This document shows, one piece after another, positions 1-9,731 of a stretch of DNA of 64,000 bases. The translations under genes were made by a program, and so were the position numbers. The notes below the pieces were generated by a model. It was not told where the DNA came from and ran no database searches. It worked only from the letters and a program-made list of their open reading frames with translations. Where the stretch lies: the NCBI GenBank assembly GCA_049325335.1, contig JBMOMC010000002.1, positions 320,001 through 384,000 of the forward strand, in the 5' to 3' direction. This DNA comes from Nitrospirota bacterium (GTDB lineage: Bacteria; Nitrospirota; Nitrospiria; 2-01-FULL-66-17). Every line of letters starts with the position of its first letter. Within the stretch, counting starts at the first letter, position 1.

Positions 1-141
1 GTGTCGTACCAAACCGCGGTGATCGTGCGGATGGGCGGGACGGATCACGAAAGTTGGTTGGCCGTGGATCATGTGGCCGTTCCGACGTTCCCGGATGAGG
101 AGCGCAAGATCGAAGATGTGCTCAAGGGCATTGCGCCGTGA
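1..141 (+). CDS. 3' end of a hypothetical protein (partial)
   Basis: Frame 1 is open from base 1 (VSYQTAVIVRMGG...EDVLKGIAP) to TGA at 139-141, which overlaps the next GTG start (GTGA). Confidence 0.6.
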   Translation: MSYQTAVIVRMGGTDHESWLAVDHVAVPTFPDEERKIEDVLKGIAP

Positions 142-881
142 TCCGTGCGGCCGGAATGGCGGCGGTCCTGTTGCCGCTGGCCCTGGCGGTCCCGCCGGCG
201 GTCGCGGCGCCGTCCGTGTCCTTCGGCATTGAACTGGGCGTGGTCTCTCGGGACATCGAAGAAGAGGGCGGCCTGCAAGGAGGGACGGTGTCGAGTATCG
301 TCGACTCGACGCGGTTGACGGCGCGGGTCTCCGTGGCGTTGGCGCCGGGGGTGACGTTGTTCGGCGAGGCGGGGGGAGCTGATCTCGCGATGACCGACGA
401 GGGGTATCGGTCGGATATGCACCTATCGTATGGCGGAGGGATTCGGCTCGCGTCGGGCGATCCGGCGTACCCTCGCCACCCATCGGTCTTCGCTGATCTC
501 AGGGTGAACCGGGTGGCCACCGACGATCAACTCATGCTGGATTGGTGCGACGACTCGACGTGCGCGACCTCGACCGCGCGTCTTTCCGAAGAAGATCTGT
601 CGTGGACCGAATACGCGGTCGGGCTCGGCGTGATGGGCCGCGTGCAGGGGCTACGACCGTTCGGCGGCGTGCAGTTTTCCAAACTCGACGGGGCCGACCG
701 TGCGCGCGCGATCGACGGGAGCGCCAATGAAGCGCGCCTGGACGTTCGAGAATCGAACAGCGTGGGGTTCTTTTTCGGCGCGGATCTGCCGCTCGATCGG
801 AGTGAACGCAGGCTGATTACCATTCGGTTTTCCGGAATCGACGACAATGCGTTCCGTGTGGCGTATACCGTGGCGTTCTGA
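138..881 (+). CDS. Putative outer-membrane beta-barrel protein
   Basis: Signal peptide (…PPAVAA), alternating amphipathic strands, C-terminal YTVAF resembling a BamA beta-signal. Confidence 0.65.
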   Translation: MIRAAGMAAVLLPLALAVPPAVAAPSVSFGIELGVVSRDIEEEGGLQGGTVSSIVDSTRLTARVSVALAPGVTLFGEAGGADLAMTDEGYRSDMHLSYGGGIRLASGDPAYPRHPSVFADLRVNRVATDDQLMLDWCDDSTCATSTARLSEEDLSWTEYAVGLGVMGRVQGLRPFGGVQFSKLDGADRARAIDGSANEARLDVRESNSVGFFFGADLPLDRSERRLITIRFSGIDDNAFRVAYTVAF

Positions 882-885
882 CCGA

Positions 886-1296
886 GTGGTGACGGGGAGG
901 CGCGTTGCTGGTGCGTTTGCCGCGTTCTCCGTGGCCTGTCTCGTGGGCGGTTGCGAATACGGGTACAGTCGCAGCGCCCTGGAGGGCGGCGGTCCCGGCG
1001 TATACGCCGCGCCGAGCGGCTCGATCAGCGTCGGCTATCAGACCGGTTGGGTCTCTCCATGGTTGGTGGGTGTCTCGTATCCGTATCCCTATGCGCCTTA
1101 CTGGTACCCCCATTTTTACTATCCGTATGATCCGTGGTGGCCCTATTTGCCGCGGTATGCGTACTCGTGGCACCCGTACCCCCATGTATATGCGCCGTAC
1201 GTTGTGCCACCCCCGCCGCGCCGAACGTTTCGTTCGAACTCCGTGACTCCGGCTCCGCCGAGTACATCAAAGAAACGCCGATTGAATTTTCCGTAG
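886..1296 (+). CDS. Pro/Tyr-rich putative lipoprotein
   Basis: Basic N-terminus, hydrophobic core and lipobox-like LVGG-C. YPYPYAPYWYP low-complexity body. Start at GTG 886 or 889 is inferred. Confidence 0.55.
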   Translation: MVTGRRVAGAFAAFSVACLVGGCEYGYSRSALEGGGPGVYAAPSGSISVGYQTGWVSPWLVGVSYPYPYAPYWYPHFYYPYDPWWPYLPRYAYSWHPYPHVYAPYVVPPPPRRTFRSNSVTPAPPSTSKKRRLNFP

Positions 1297-1318
1297 GAGC
1301 GCACGGCCGTGCGCCCAC
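1293..1318. repeat. GTAG-type REP-like palindrome, copy 1
   Basis: GTAGGAGCGCACGGCCGTGCGCCCAC, near-identical to the copy at 4520. It includes the TAG stop of the upstream ORF. Confidence 0.7.
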
Positions 1319-1393
1319 GATTGGATCCCCTGGGCCGAAGTGCCTAGACCGAGTTAGGCCCATTTTGGTAGGGGTGGTGGGTCTTTTCGGGGC

Positions 1394-1422
1394 TTGCACG
1401 GTCCGCGTGATCTTCATATAAT
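1394..1422 (+). promoter_or_regulatory. Sigma70-like promoter for aclBA
   Basis: TTGCAC-17nt-TATAAT. Confidence 0.6.
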
Positions 1423-1466
1423 AAGGCTCTTTTTCCGTTGTTCATTCCTAACATTGGAGTCTGGTG

Positions 1467-2669
1467 ATGGCGAAAGTGCTTGAAGGCCCGGGAATGGCAT
1501 TGTTCCACAAGTGGGGCATGGCCGTGCCCAATCACGTCGTCCTGACGTCCACGGATCAGTTCGACCCGCTAGCGCAGGTCAATGCGTGGATGCGTAACAG
1601 TAAGCTCGTGGTGAAGGCGCACGAGGCGATCGGGTCGCGCATGAAGCTCGGCCTGGTCAAAATCGATCTCGACCTGGCGGGCGCGAAGAAGGCCGTGACC
1701 GAGATGCTGGGCAAGAACGTGGGTGCCGGCCTCACCGTGAGCCAGGTGATCGTCTCCGAAATGGTTCCGCACAGCGCCGAGTATTACATTGCCGTGAAAT
1801 CTACCCGCGAGGGCGCGGAGCTCATGATGGCGAGCGTGGGCGGGATCGAGATCGAGTCGCAGTGGGACAAGGTCCAGCACGTAACCATCGAGGTCGGCGA
1901 GTCCGCGTCCGCCTCCGCGATCGAGGCCGCGGCCAAGAAAGCGGGTTTCTCGAAGGACCTGGTGCCCAAGGTCACGGAGTTCGCGCAGAAGCTGTTCCAG
2001 TGTTTCGATCAGGAAGACGCGCAGTATCTGGAGATCAACCCCTTGGTGCTCAATGCCGCGGGCGATTTGGTGGCGCTTGACGCGGTGACCCTGCTGGACG
2101 GGGACGCCAAGTTTCGGCACCCGGATTGGAACTTTACGTTTGCCTCGGAGTTCGGCCGTCCGTACACGGACGACGAGCGCCAGATCATGGAGATCGACAG
2201 CCGCGTCAAGGGCTCGGTGAAGTTCATCGAGATCCCGGGCGGCGATACCGCGTTGCTGCCCGCGGGCGGTGGGGCCAGCGTGTTCTATTCGGACGCGGTA
2301 GTGGCGCGCGGCGGCACCCTGGCCAACTACTCCGAATACTCAGGCGATCCGCCGGACTGGGCGGTGGAAGCGTTGACCGACAAGGTCTGCAGCCTGCCCG
2401 GCATCAAACGGATCATCGTGGGCGGGGCCATCGCCAACTTCACCGACGTGAAAAAGACCTTTACCGGCATCATCGCCGGGTTCCGTCGCGCCAAGGCCGA
2501 CGGCAAACTCAAGAACGTGAAGATCTTCGTGCGGCGCGGCGGTCCCAAAGAAGCCGAGGGTCTGGCCGCGATGCGCGCGTTGGCCGACGAGGGGTTCGAC
2601 ATTCAGGTGTATGACCGGTACACCCCGCTGACGGATATCGTAGATTTCGCGATCCAGGGGAAAGGGTAA
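1467..2669 (+). CDS. aclB: ATP-citrate lyase beta subunit
   Basis: MAKVLEGPGM start, ATP-grasp region (LEINPL), citrate-binding motifs AGGGASVFYSD, NYSEYSGDP, GGAIANFTDV, VRRGGP. Confidence 0.95.
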   Translation: MAKVLEGPGMALFHKWGMAVPNHVVLTSTDQFDPLAQVNAWMRNSKLVVKAHEAIGSRMKLGLVKIDLDLAGAKKAVTEMLGKNVGAGLTVSQVIVSEMVPHSAEYYIAVKSTREGAELMMASVGGIEIESQWDKVQHVTIEVGESASASAIEAAAKKAGFSKDLVPKVTEFAQKLFQCFDQEDAQYLEINPLVLNAAGDLVALDAVTLLDGDAKFRHPDWNFTFASEFGRPYTDDERQIMEIDSRVKGSVKFIEIPGGDTALLPAGGGASVFYSDAVVARGGTLANYSEYSGDPPDWAVEALTDKVCSLPGIKRIIVGGAIANFTDVKKTFTGIIAGFRRAKADGKLKNVKIFVRRGGPKEAEGLAAMRALADEGFDIQVYDRYTPLTDIVDFAIQGKG

Positions 2670-2673
2670 GCCG

Positions 2674-4500
2674 ATGAGTATCGTCGCCAACAGTGAAACG
2701 AGAGTGCTCATCATGGGCGGACCCGCAGGGGTCAGCGCCGCCAAGCGGATGGGGGAGTTCTGCCACCTCATTAAGAAGCCCCTCAACGTGGTGGCGTTCG
2801 CGTTCCCGCCGGACGCGGGCAAAACCGTGGAAGTGCCGTGCGGCGCGCAGATCAATTCGTTGCCCGTGTACCGCACCGTGGCCGAAGCCACCGCGAATCA
2901 CCCCGAGATCAACGCCACATTGATCTACGTGGGCGCGGACCGCGCTACCAAGGCTGCGATGGACGCCTTGGCCGACCCCAAGATCAAACTGGTTTCGATG
3001 ATCACCGAAGGCGTGCCGGAGAAAGACGCGAAAATCCTGACCAAGGAAGCCAAGAAGCGTGGCAAGGTGTTCAACGGCCCGTCGTCGATCGGCATCCTGT
3101 CCGCCGGTGAAGCGCGCCTGGGCGTGATCGGCGGGGAGTTCAACAACCTTGTACTCAGCAAACTCTACCGCCCCGGGTCCTTCGGCGTGATCACCAAGTC
3201 CGGCGGGCTGTCCAACGAGATCATGTGGATCTGCAGCCAGTTCGCGGACGGCGTGACCACCGCGATCGGGATCGGCGGCGACGCCTATCCCGGGACCGAC
3301 TTCGTCTCCTATCTGGAAATGTTCGAGCAGGACCAGAAGACCAAAGCGGTCGTGATCGTCGGGGAGATGGGCGGGAATCTCGAAGAGCAGGCCGCGGCCT
3401 GGTACGGGGCCAAGAAGCGGCGCATCAAACTTATCGGCGTCATTTCCGGCTTTTGTCAGGAACATCTGCCCAAGGGCATGAAGTTCGGGCACGCGGGCGC
3501 GAAAGAGGGACTCAAGGGCGAAGGCAGCGCCCGGTCCAAGACCGACGCATTGCGCAGGGCTGGCGCCATTGTCCCGGACACGTTCGGGGCGCTGGGTCCC
3601 GCGATCGAGAAGGCCTACCGGGAGATGGTGGAGTCAGGCGTGATTGCGCCGGTGGCTGACGCGGACGCGGCGGCATTGCCTAAACTGCCCAAGAGCGTGG
3701 ATCAGGCGATCAAGAGCGGCGACGTGATGATCGAACCCTTGATCAAAACCACGATCTCGGACGACCGCGGCGACGAGCCCTGTTACGACGGCTACCCCGC
3801 GTCGGAATTGATCAAGAATGGCTATCAGATCCCACACGTGATCGGCCTGTTATGGAACAAGAAGCTCATGTCCGCGCAGGAAGCCGAGATCATCAAACGC
3901 ATCATCATGCTCTCGGCGGACCACGGCCCCTGCGTGTCGGGCGCCTTGGTGACCATCATCGCGGCGGGCGCGGGCATCAATATGGCGCAGGCCGTGGCCG
4001 CGGGCATGATGATGATCGGGCCGCGTTTCGGCGGCGCGGTCACGGACGCGGGCAAGTGGTTCAAGTACGCCATCGATCAGAAACTGACCCCGGAGGCGTT
4101 CCTGGAGTACATGAAGGCGAACGTGGGCCCGGTGCCCGGTATCGGCCATCGCGTCAAGAGTGTGAAGAATCCGGACAAGCGCGTGTCCGAATTGGTCTCG
4201 TACGTGAAGAGCCTGAGCATTCCCATGCCGCACTTGGATTTCGCGCTGCAAGTGGAAAAGATCACCACCGCGAAGAAGGACACGTTGATCCTGAACGTGG
4301 ATGGCACGATCGCGGCGGTGCTCGTGGATCTTGGGTATCCGGTGGAAAGTCTGAACGGGTTCTTCATCTTGTCCCGTACCATTGGGTTTATCGGTCACTG
4401 GGTGGATCAGAAGCGGCAGGGCAGCCGGTTGATCCGTCTCTTTGATTATTTGGTCAATTACGCGACTCCAAAACGGCGCGAAGTGCCGCCGCTGGGCTAA
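2674..4500 (+). CDS. aclA: ATP-citrate lyase alpha subunit
   Basis: CoA-binding/ligase domains with phospho-His motif FGHAGA, plus citrate-synthase-like C-terminus (ADHGPCVSG, IGPRFGGA, GIGHRVKS, LNVDG). Confidence 0.96.
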   Translation: MSIVANSETRVLIMGGPAGVSAAKRMGEFCHLIKKPLNVVAFAFPPDAGKTVEVPCGAQINSLPVYRTVAEATANHPEINATLIYVGADRATKAAMDALADPKIKLVSMITEGVPEKDAKILTKEAKKRGKVFNGPSSIGILSAGEARLGVIGGEFNNLVLSKLYRPGSFGVITKSGGLSNEIMWICSQFADGVTTAIGIGGDAYPGTDFVSYLEMFEQDQKTKAVVIVGEMGGNLEEQAAAWYGAKKRRIKLIGVISGFCQEHLPKGMKFGHAGAKEGLKGEGSARSKTDALRRAGAIVPDTFGALGPAIEKAYREMVESGVIAPVADADAAALPKLPKSVDQAIKSGDVMIEPLIKTTISDDRGDEPCYDGYPASELIKNGYQIPHVIGLLWNKKLMSAQEAEIIKRIIMLSADHGPCVSGALVTIIAAGAGINMAQAVAAGMMMIGPRFGGAVTDAGKWFKYAIDQKLTPEAFLEYMKANVGPVPGIGHRVKSVKNPDKRVSELVSYVKSLSIPMPHLDFALQVEKITTAKKDTLILNVDGTIAAVLVDLGYPVESLNGFFILSRTIGFIGHWVDQKRQGSRLIRLFDYLVNYATPKRREVPPLG

Positions 4501-4519
4501 CGAAGATTTTTCTGGCAAC

Positions 4520-4547
4520 GTAGGGGCGCACGGCCGTACGCCCCTAC
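4520..4547. repeat. GTAG-type REP-like palindrome, copy 2
   Basis: GTAGGGGCGCACGGCCGTACGCCCCTAC, a near-perfect 28-nt palindrome between aclA and frdB. Confidence 0.75.
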
Positions 4548-4558
4548 AACGGAATAAA

Positions 4559-5272
4559 ATGAGCAGCGAACATACGATACAGTCCCCGCATACCACTGGC
4601 GCGATGCCCAAGTTCGTGACCGTCGAAGTCATGGGCAAAAAGCACCAGGTGCCCGAGGGCATCACCGTGATCCAGGCGCTCTGGTACACGGGCCACGAGA
4701 TGATCCGAGGCATCGGGTGCCTGGGTGGGACGTGCGGCGCGTGTGCCATGGTGTACCGCATGCCGGGCCAGTATGAATTGCTCAACGGTCTGGCCTGTCA
4801 GGCCACGGTGCGCGACGGGATGTGGTTCTCCATGGTTTCGAACTACCCCGCGGCGCAGGCGCACTACCGCATTCCCGAGCTCTCCAACGCCAAGGAACAA
4901 CTCTTCGAGATGTATCCGGAGTCCGCGCGCTGCGTGAACTGCAACGCGTGCAACCGTGTGTGTCCCCAGGGCATCGACGTGCGCAGCAGCATTTGGTACG
5001 CGGTGTTCGGCGACTTTCAAAAGGTCGCGGACCTGACGATGAGTTGCAACATGTGCGGGTTGTGTATCACCCGCTGCGTGGCGGATATGCCGCCCAACCT
5101 GGTGGGGTTGTACGCCCGCCGGACGTACGGGGCGCTGTACGCGCCCGCGGCCGAGGAACTGGGGCGTCGCGTCTCCGACATCGGAGACGGTAAGTTTCGT
5201 GACGAGCTCGACGGGCTGTTAGCCATAGATACCGCCGAACTCAAATCGCGGGCGACCGCCGTCGGCCGCTAA
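4559..5272 (+). CDS. frdB: Fumarate reductase/succinate dehydrogenase Fe-S subunit
   Basis: [2Fe-2S] motif GCLGGTCGAC...LAC and two CxxCxxCxxxC motifs. Adjacent to the flavoprotein gene. Confidence 0.8.
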   Translation: MSSEHTIQSPHTTGAMPKFVTVEVMGKKHQVPEGITVIQALWYTGHEMIRGIGCLGGTCGACAMVYRMPGQYELLNGLACQATVRDGMWFSMVSNYPAAQAHYRIPELSNAKEQLFEMYPESARCVNCNACNRVCPQGIDVRSSIWYAVFGDFQKVADLTMSCNMCGLCITRCVADMPPNLVGLYARRTYGALYAPAAEELGRRVSDIGDGKFRDELDGLLAIDTAELKSRATAVGR

Positions 5273-5283
5273 GGACTCTGTTC

Positions 5284-6888
5284 GTGGATCCCATTGCCGA
5301 ATCCCGCGGCCGCGTGGACGCGACGCGTTCCACCCGCAAGGGGCAGACGCTTCCGTTGTTGCCCCAGTCCGACAAAGAGGCCCTGCTCCAGAAGTTCCAC
5401 CCCGACTACAAGGCCGAGGCGTATCGATTGGTCAAAGTCGGTCCGAACGCCGGCCACAAGACGGTTCACGAGGTCGCGGACCTGTTGGAGAGCGACAGCC
5501 CGGTGACGTCCGCGGACGTCAAATCCGAGCCGGATTACGTCACCGACGTGTTGATCATTGGCGGGGGCGGCGCGGGCTGCGCCGCCGCGTTGACGGCGCG
5601 GGCCGCGGGCGCAAAGGTGTTGTTGGCCACCAAGCTGCGCCTGGGCGATTCCAACACCGTGATGGCCGAGGGCGGGATGCAGGTGGCGGTGAAGCCCGAG
5701 GACTCGCCGGTCCGCCATTTTCTGGACACGATCAAGGGCGGGCATTTCGCCAATGATCGGACGTTGCTCAAGACGTTGGTGGAGGAAGGGCCGTCGGCCA
5801 CGCAATGGCTGCTCTCACTCGGGGTGTTGTTCGATCGCGACGAGACCGGCAATCTGAAAGTCCGCAGCGGCGGGGCCACCAGCACGCCGCGCCTGTTGAC
5901 GTGTAAGGACTATACCGGGCTTGAGTTGATGCGCGTGCTCAAGGACGCGGTGGTCAACGAAGACGTGCAGGTGGTGGAGTTCGCGCCCGCGGTGGAGTTG
6001 CTCAGCGACGGGTCGGGGCGCTGCACCGGCGCGATTCTCAAAAACCTCGACAACAACCGCCTGTTGACCGTGCACGCCAAGGCCGTGATCGTGGCCACGG
6101 GCGGCAGCGGGCGTTTGCACATCCAGGGCTTCCCCACGAGCAACCACTTCGGGGCGACCGGCGACGCATTGCCGTTGGCGTATCGGCTGGGCGCGGAACT
6201 GGCGTTCATCGACACGTTCCAGTACCACCCCACGGGCGCGATCTATCCCGAGGCCATGGCGGGCCTATTGGTCACCGAGGCCATCCGCGCCGCCGGGTCG
6301 CAACTGGTCAACCGGTTGGGCGAACGGTTCATCAACGAAACCGACACGCGCGACGTGGTGGCGGCCGCGATCATCCGCGAGTGCGTGGAAGGCCGCGGCG
6401 TGACCACGCCGTCCGGCCGTCGCGGCGTGTGGCTGGACACGCCGATGGTGGAGATGATTGGCGGTGAAGGCACGGTGGACGCGCGTTTCCCGAACATGCG
6501 TAAGATGTTCTCACGGCATGAGATCGACATCCGCGAACAGCCGGTCTTGATCCATCCCACGTTGCACTACCAGAACGGCGGCGTGAAGATCGGCGTGGAC
6601 GGCGACTCCACGGTGAAGGGCCTCTACGTGGCGGGTGAGGCGTCCGGTGGGTTGCACGGCCGCAACCGGTTGATGGGCAATTCCCTGCTCGACATCATCG
6701 TATTCGGGCGCCGCGCGGGCCAGGCGGCCGCGACGTATAGCAAGAGCGCGGCGCTGGGCGTGGTGACGGTGGAGCACCTGACCAAGTTTCGCCGCGCGCG
6801 TAAGGACGCGGGCATCGCGTCCGAGACCGTATCTCCGCGCCTGATTCCGGACTACGTGAGACGCGAAGAAACCGTCAGCCACTCGTGA
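5284..6888 (+). CDS. frdA: Fumarate reductase flavoprotein subunit (soluble type)
   Basis: GGGGAG FAD-binding motif, QYHPTG, TRDVV, HYQNGG, HGRNRLMGNSL. Located in the rTCA cluster. Confidence 0.85.
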   Translation: MDPIAESRGRVDATRSTRKGQTLPLLPQSDKEALLQKFHPDYKAEAYRLVKVGPNAGHKTVHEVADLLESDSPVTSADVKSEPDYVTDVLIIGGGGAGCAAALTARAAGAKVLLATKLRLGDSNTVMAEGGMQVAVKPEDSPVRHFLDTIKGGHFANDRTLLKTLVEEGPSATQWLLSLGVLFDRDETGNLKVRSGGATSTPRLLTCKDYTGLELMRVLKDAVVNEDVQVVEFAPAVELLSDGSGRCTGAILKNLDNNRLLTVHAKAVIVATGGSGRLHIQGFPTSNHFGATGDALPLAYRLGAELAFIDTFQYHPTGAIYPEAMAGLLVTEAIRAAGSQLVNRLGERFINETDTRDVVAAAIIRECVEGRGVTTPSGRRGVWLDTPMVEMIGGEGTVDARFPNMRKMFSRHEIDIREQPVLIHPTLHYQNGGVKIGVDGDSTVKGLYVAGEASGGLHGRNRLMGNSLLDIIVFGRRAGQAAATYSKSAALGVVTVEHLTKFRRARKDAGIASETVSPRLIPDYVRREETVSHS

Positions 6889-6908
6889 CGTCCACGAGCG
6901 GGGCTCGA

Positions 6909-6937
6909 TTGACCCTCAATCAGGAACTTGCTAGTAT
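6909..6937 (+). promoter_or_regulatory. Sigma70-like promoter for sucCD
   Basis: TTGACC-17nt-TAGTAT with extended -10 TG. Confidence 0.5.
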
Positions 6938-6976
6938 GGCGCGTCTTTTTCTCGGGATTTTTCTCTTGAGGGCTCG

Positions 6977-8149
6977 ATGAACATTCACGAATTCCAAGCT
7001 AAACAGCTCTTTACCAAGTTCAACGTGCCGGTTCCCCGTGGCCGTCGCGCGGACACGGTCGCGGAGGCGGTGGCGGTCGCCGGCGAATTGAACGCGCCCG
7101 TCACCGTGGTCAAGGCGCAGATCCACGCGGGAGGCCGCGGCAAGGCCGGGGGCGTGAAGCTGGCTCGTTCGCGCGAGCAGGTCGAACCGCTCGCGCGCGA
7201 AATCCTCGGCAAGACTCTGGTCACGCCGCAGACCGGGCCGCAGGGCAAGGTGGTCAAGAAGCTCCTGATCGAAGAGGGCGTGAGCATCGGGCACGAGTTC
7301 TACCTCTCGCTGGTGGTGGACCGCGCGTCCGCGTCAATCGCGGTGGTGGCGAGCCGTGAAGGCGGGATGGAAATCGAAGAGGTCGCGCATACACACCCGG
7401 AAAAGATCATCAAGGTCTTCATCGACCCTACGGTGGGGTACCAACCGTTTCACGGTCGGCAGGTGGCGTTCGGGCTGGGGCTGCCTAAAGAGGTGGTCAA
7501 CGGGTTCGTCAAGCTCCTCGGTTCGCTCTACGCGCTGTTCATGGCCAAGGACGCGTCGCTGGTCGAGATCAACCCGCTGGTCCTGACCACGGACCAGAAA
7601 TTCGTGGCGCTGGACGGGAAGATGAACTTTGACGACAACGGCCTGTTCCGCCAAGAGGACGTGCGCGCGTTCCGCGACCTGGACGAGGAAGAGCCGCTCG
7701 AGATCAAGGCGTCCGAGCACAACCTCAATTACGTGAAACTCGACGGCACGATCGGCTGCATGGTCAACGGCGCGGGGCTCGCGATGGCGACCATGGACGT
7801 GGTCAAACTCGCCGGCGGCGAACCCGCGAATTTTTTAGACGTGGGCGGGGGAGCCACCAAGGAAACCGTGAAAGAGGCGTTCAACATCTTGATGGCGGAC
7901 CCCAACGTCAAAGGCGTGTTCGTGAATATTTTCGGCGGCATCGTGCGTTGCGAACGCATCGCGGGCGGGATCATCGACGCGACGCGGGAAGTCAATCTCA
8001 GAGTGCCGTTAGTGGTCCGGTTGGACGGGACCAACGCAGAGGAAGGTCGAAAGATGCTGGCCTCCTCGGGGCTGAATCTTGAGGTGGCGAATACCATGTG
8101 GGAAGGCGCTCAACGGATCGTTTCCCTGTCCGGGGAGGCTGCGCGATGA
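6977..8149 (+). CDS. sucC: Succinyl-CoA synthetase beta subunit
   Basis: [46 protein letters not shown]. Confidence 0.97.
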   Translation: MNIHEFQAKQLFTKFNVPVPRGRRADTVAEAVAVAGELNAPVTVVKAQIHAGGRGKAGGVKLARSREQVEPLAREILGKTLVTPQTGPQGKVVKKLLIEEGVSIGHEFYLSLVVDRASASIAVVASREGGMEIEEVAHTHPEKIIKVFIDPTVGYQPFHGRQVAFGLGLPKEVVNGFVKLLGSLYALFMAKDASLVEINPLVLTTDQKFVALDGKMNFDDNGLFRQEDVRAFRDLDEEEPLEIKASEHNLNYVKLDGTIGCMVNGAGLAMATMDVVKLAGGEPANFLDVGGGATKETVKEAFNILMADPNVKGVFVNIFGGIVRCERIAGGIIDATREVNLRVPLVVRLDGTNAEEGRKMLASSGLNLEVANTMWEGAQRIVSLSGEAAR

Positions 8150-9162
8150 GCATTCTGGTCAATAAGGACTCGCGCGTGGTGGTGCAGGGGCTCACCGGAC
8201 GCGAAGGGGGATTTCACGCGGATCAATGCTTGGCGTACGGGACCAAGGTCGTGGGCGGGGTCACGCCGGGCAAGGGCGGGAGCGTGTGGGTCGGGGAGAC
8301 CTCGGGCAAGAAGGCGCCGGTCTACGACACCGTGCGCCAGGCCGTCAACGATGTGGGTGCGAACGTGTCCTTGATCTTCGTGCCGCCGCCGTTTGCGGCG
8401 GACGCGATTCTGGAAGCGGTGGACGCGGAGGTGCCCCTGATCATCTGCATCACCGAGGGCATCCCGGTCTTGGACATGATGCGGGTCAAGCGCGCGCTGG
8501 CCGGGAAATCGTCGCGCCTGATCGGTCCGAATTGTCCGGGGGTGATCACGCCCGGGGAAGCCAAGATCGGGATCATGCCGGGCTTCATTCACCGCCCCGG
8601 ATCAGTCGGAGTGGTCTCGCGCAGCGGGACGCTCACGTATGAAGCGGTCTGGCAAGTTACGCAACGCGGTCTGGGCCAGAGCACGTGCGTGGGCATCGGC
8701 GGCGATCCGCTCAACGGCACCAACTTCATCGACTGCCTCGATCTGTTCAATCGCGATCCCGACACCGAGGCGATCGTGATGATCGGCGAGATCGGCGGCG
8801 ATGCGGAAGAGCAAGCTGCGGCGTTCATCGCGCGCTCCGTGAAGAAGCCGGTGGTGGGCTTCATCGCCGGGATCACCGCGCCGCCGGGGCGCCGCATGGG
8901 CCATGCGGGCGCGATCATTTCGGGCGGGGTCGGCAGCGCGTCCGATAAGATGTCGGCGCTGGAGAAGGCCGGCGTGACCGTGGTGAAAAACCCCGCGTTG
9001 ATCGGCGAGGCCATCAAGTCTGCGTTGGGGCGGCGGACCCGGAAGGCCCCGGCCAAAGCCAAAGCGAAGGCGCGTCCGGTGCGGCGCACGACCGTGAGAG
9101 CGCGCGCGGCGGCCCCACGCTCACGCGCCAGGGGCCGCGGGCGCGGACGAGGGACGCGATGA
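8146..9162 (+). CDS. sucD: Succinyl-CoA synthetase alpha subunit with basic C-terminal tail
   Basis: [35 protein letters not shown] overlap with sucC. Confidence 0.96.
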   Translation: MSILVNKDSRVVVQGLTGREGGFHADQCLAYGTKVVGGVTPGKGGSVWVGETSGKKAPVYDTVRQAVNDVGANVSLIFVPPPFAADAILEAVDAEVPLIICITEGIPVLDMMRVKRALAGKSSRLIGPNCPGVITPGEAKIGIMPGFIHRPGSVGVVSRSGTLTYEAVWQVTQRGLGQSTCVGIGGDPLNGTNFIDCLDLFNRDPDTEAIVMIGEIGGDAEEQAAAFIARSVKKPVVGFIAGITAPPGRRMGHAGAIISGGVGSASDKMSALEKAGVTVVKNPALIGEAIKSALGRRTRKAPAKAKAKARPVRRTTVRARAAAPRSRARGRGRGRGTR

Positions 9163-9731
9163 GAATGTTCACGCTGGTGGTGGCATCGGTCGTGATCCTC
9201 CTGGTCGGGGCGGGGTGGTGGTGGGTGACGTCCAGCCGGGCGGAGATGGCCCTTCCGGTTCGCGTCGGAGAAACTGCCCCGGACTTTACCCTGAACGATC
9301 AGAACGGGATGCCGGTGACGCTGAGCGATTACTGGGGGCGGCAGACCGTGGTGTTGTATTTCTATCCCAAAGACAGCACGCCGGGATGCACCAAACAAGC
9401 CTGTAGTTTCCGCGACGACTTGTCCCGGTTCGAGGCGCTCAACGCCCGGGTGCTCGGGGTCAGCGTAGACGGATTGGACTCGCATCGCACGTTCGCCGAG
9501 AAATACAAACTGACCTTCCCGATCCTCAGCGACGAAGGTCATCGCGTCAGCCGCGCGTATGGCGTATTGAGCGAACTTGCGGGGTTTCGTTACGCCAAGA
9601 GGACCACGTTCGTGATTGGCCATGACGGCGTGATCCGCCGTATTTTCACCGACGTCGATCCCAAAGACCATGCCACGGAACTCCTGCAGTATTTGAAGAC
9701 TCTGGTCCCCGACCCCCCCACTGAAGGCTAG
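9159..9731 (+). CDS. bcp: Peroxiredoxin Q/Bcp with N-terminal membrane anchor or signal
   Basis: [16 protein letters not shown] motif, hydrophobic N-terminus, ATGA overlap with sucD. Confidence 0.88.
   Translation: MRMFTLVVASVVILLVGAGWWWVTSSRAEMALPVRVGETAPDFTLNDQNGMPVTLSDYWGRQTVVLYFYPKDSTPGCTKQACSFRDDLSRFEALNARVLGVSVDGLDSHRTFAEKYKLTFPILSDEGHRVSRAYGVLSELAGFRYAKRTTFVIGHDGVIRRIFTDVDPKDHATELLQYLKTLVPDPPTEG

Noticed and set aside
2509..3492. Long antisense ORFs (327 aa here; also 12484-14076, 26997-28211, 39571-41115, 44638-45906)
   Set aside because: These are shadows of well-recognised genes caused by high-GC codon bias, with no motifs of their own.
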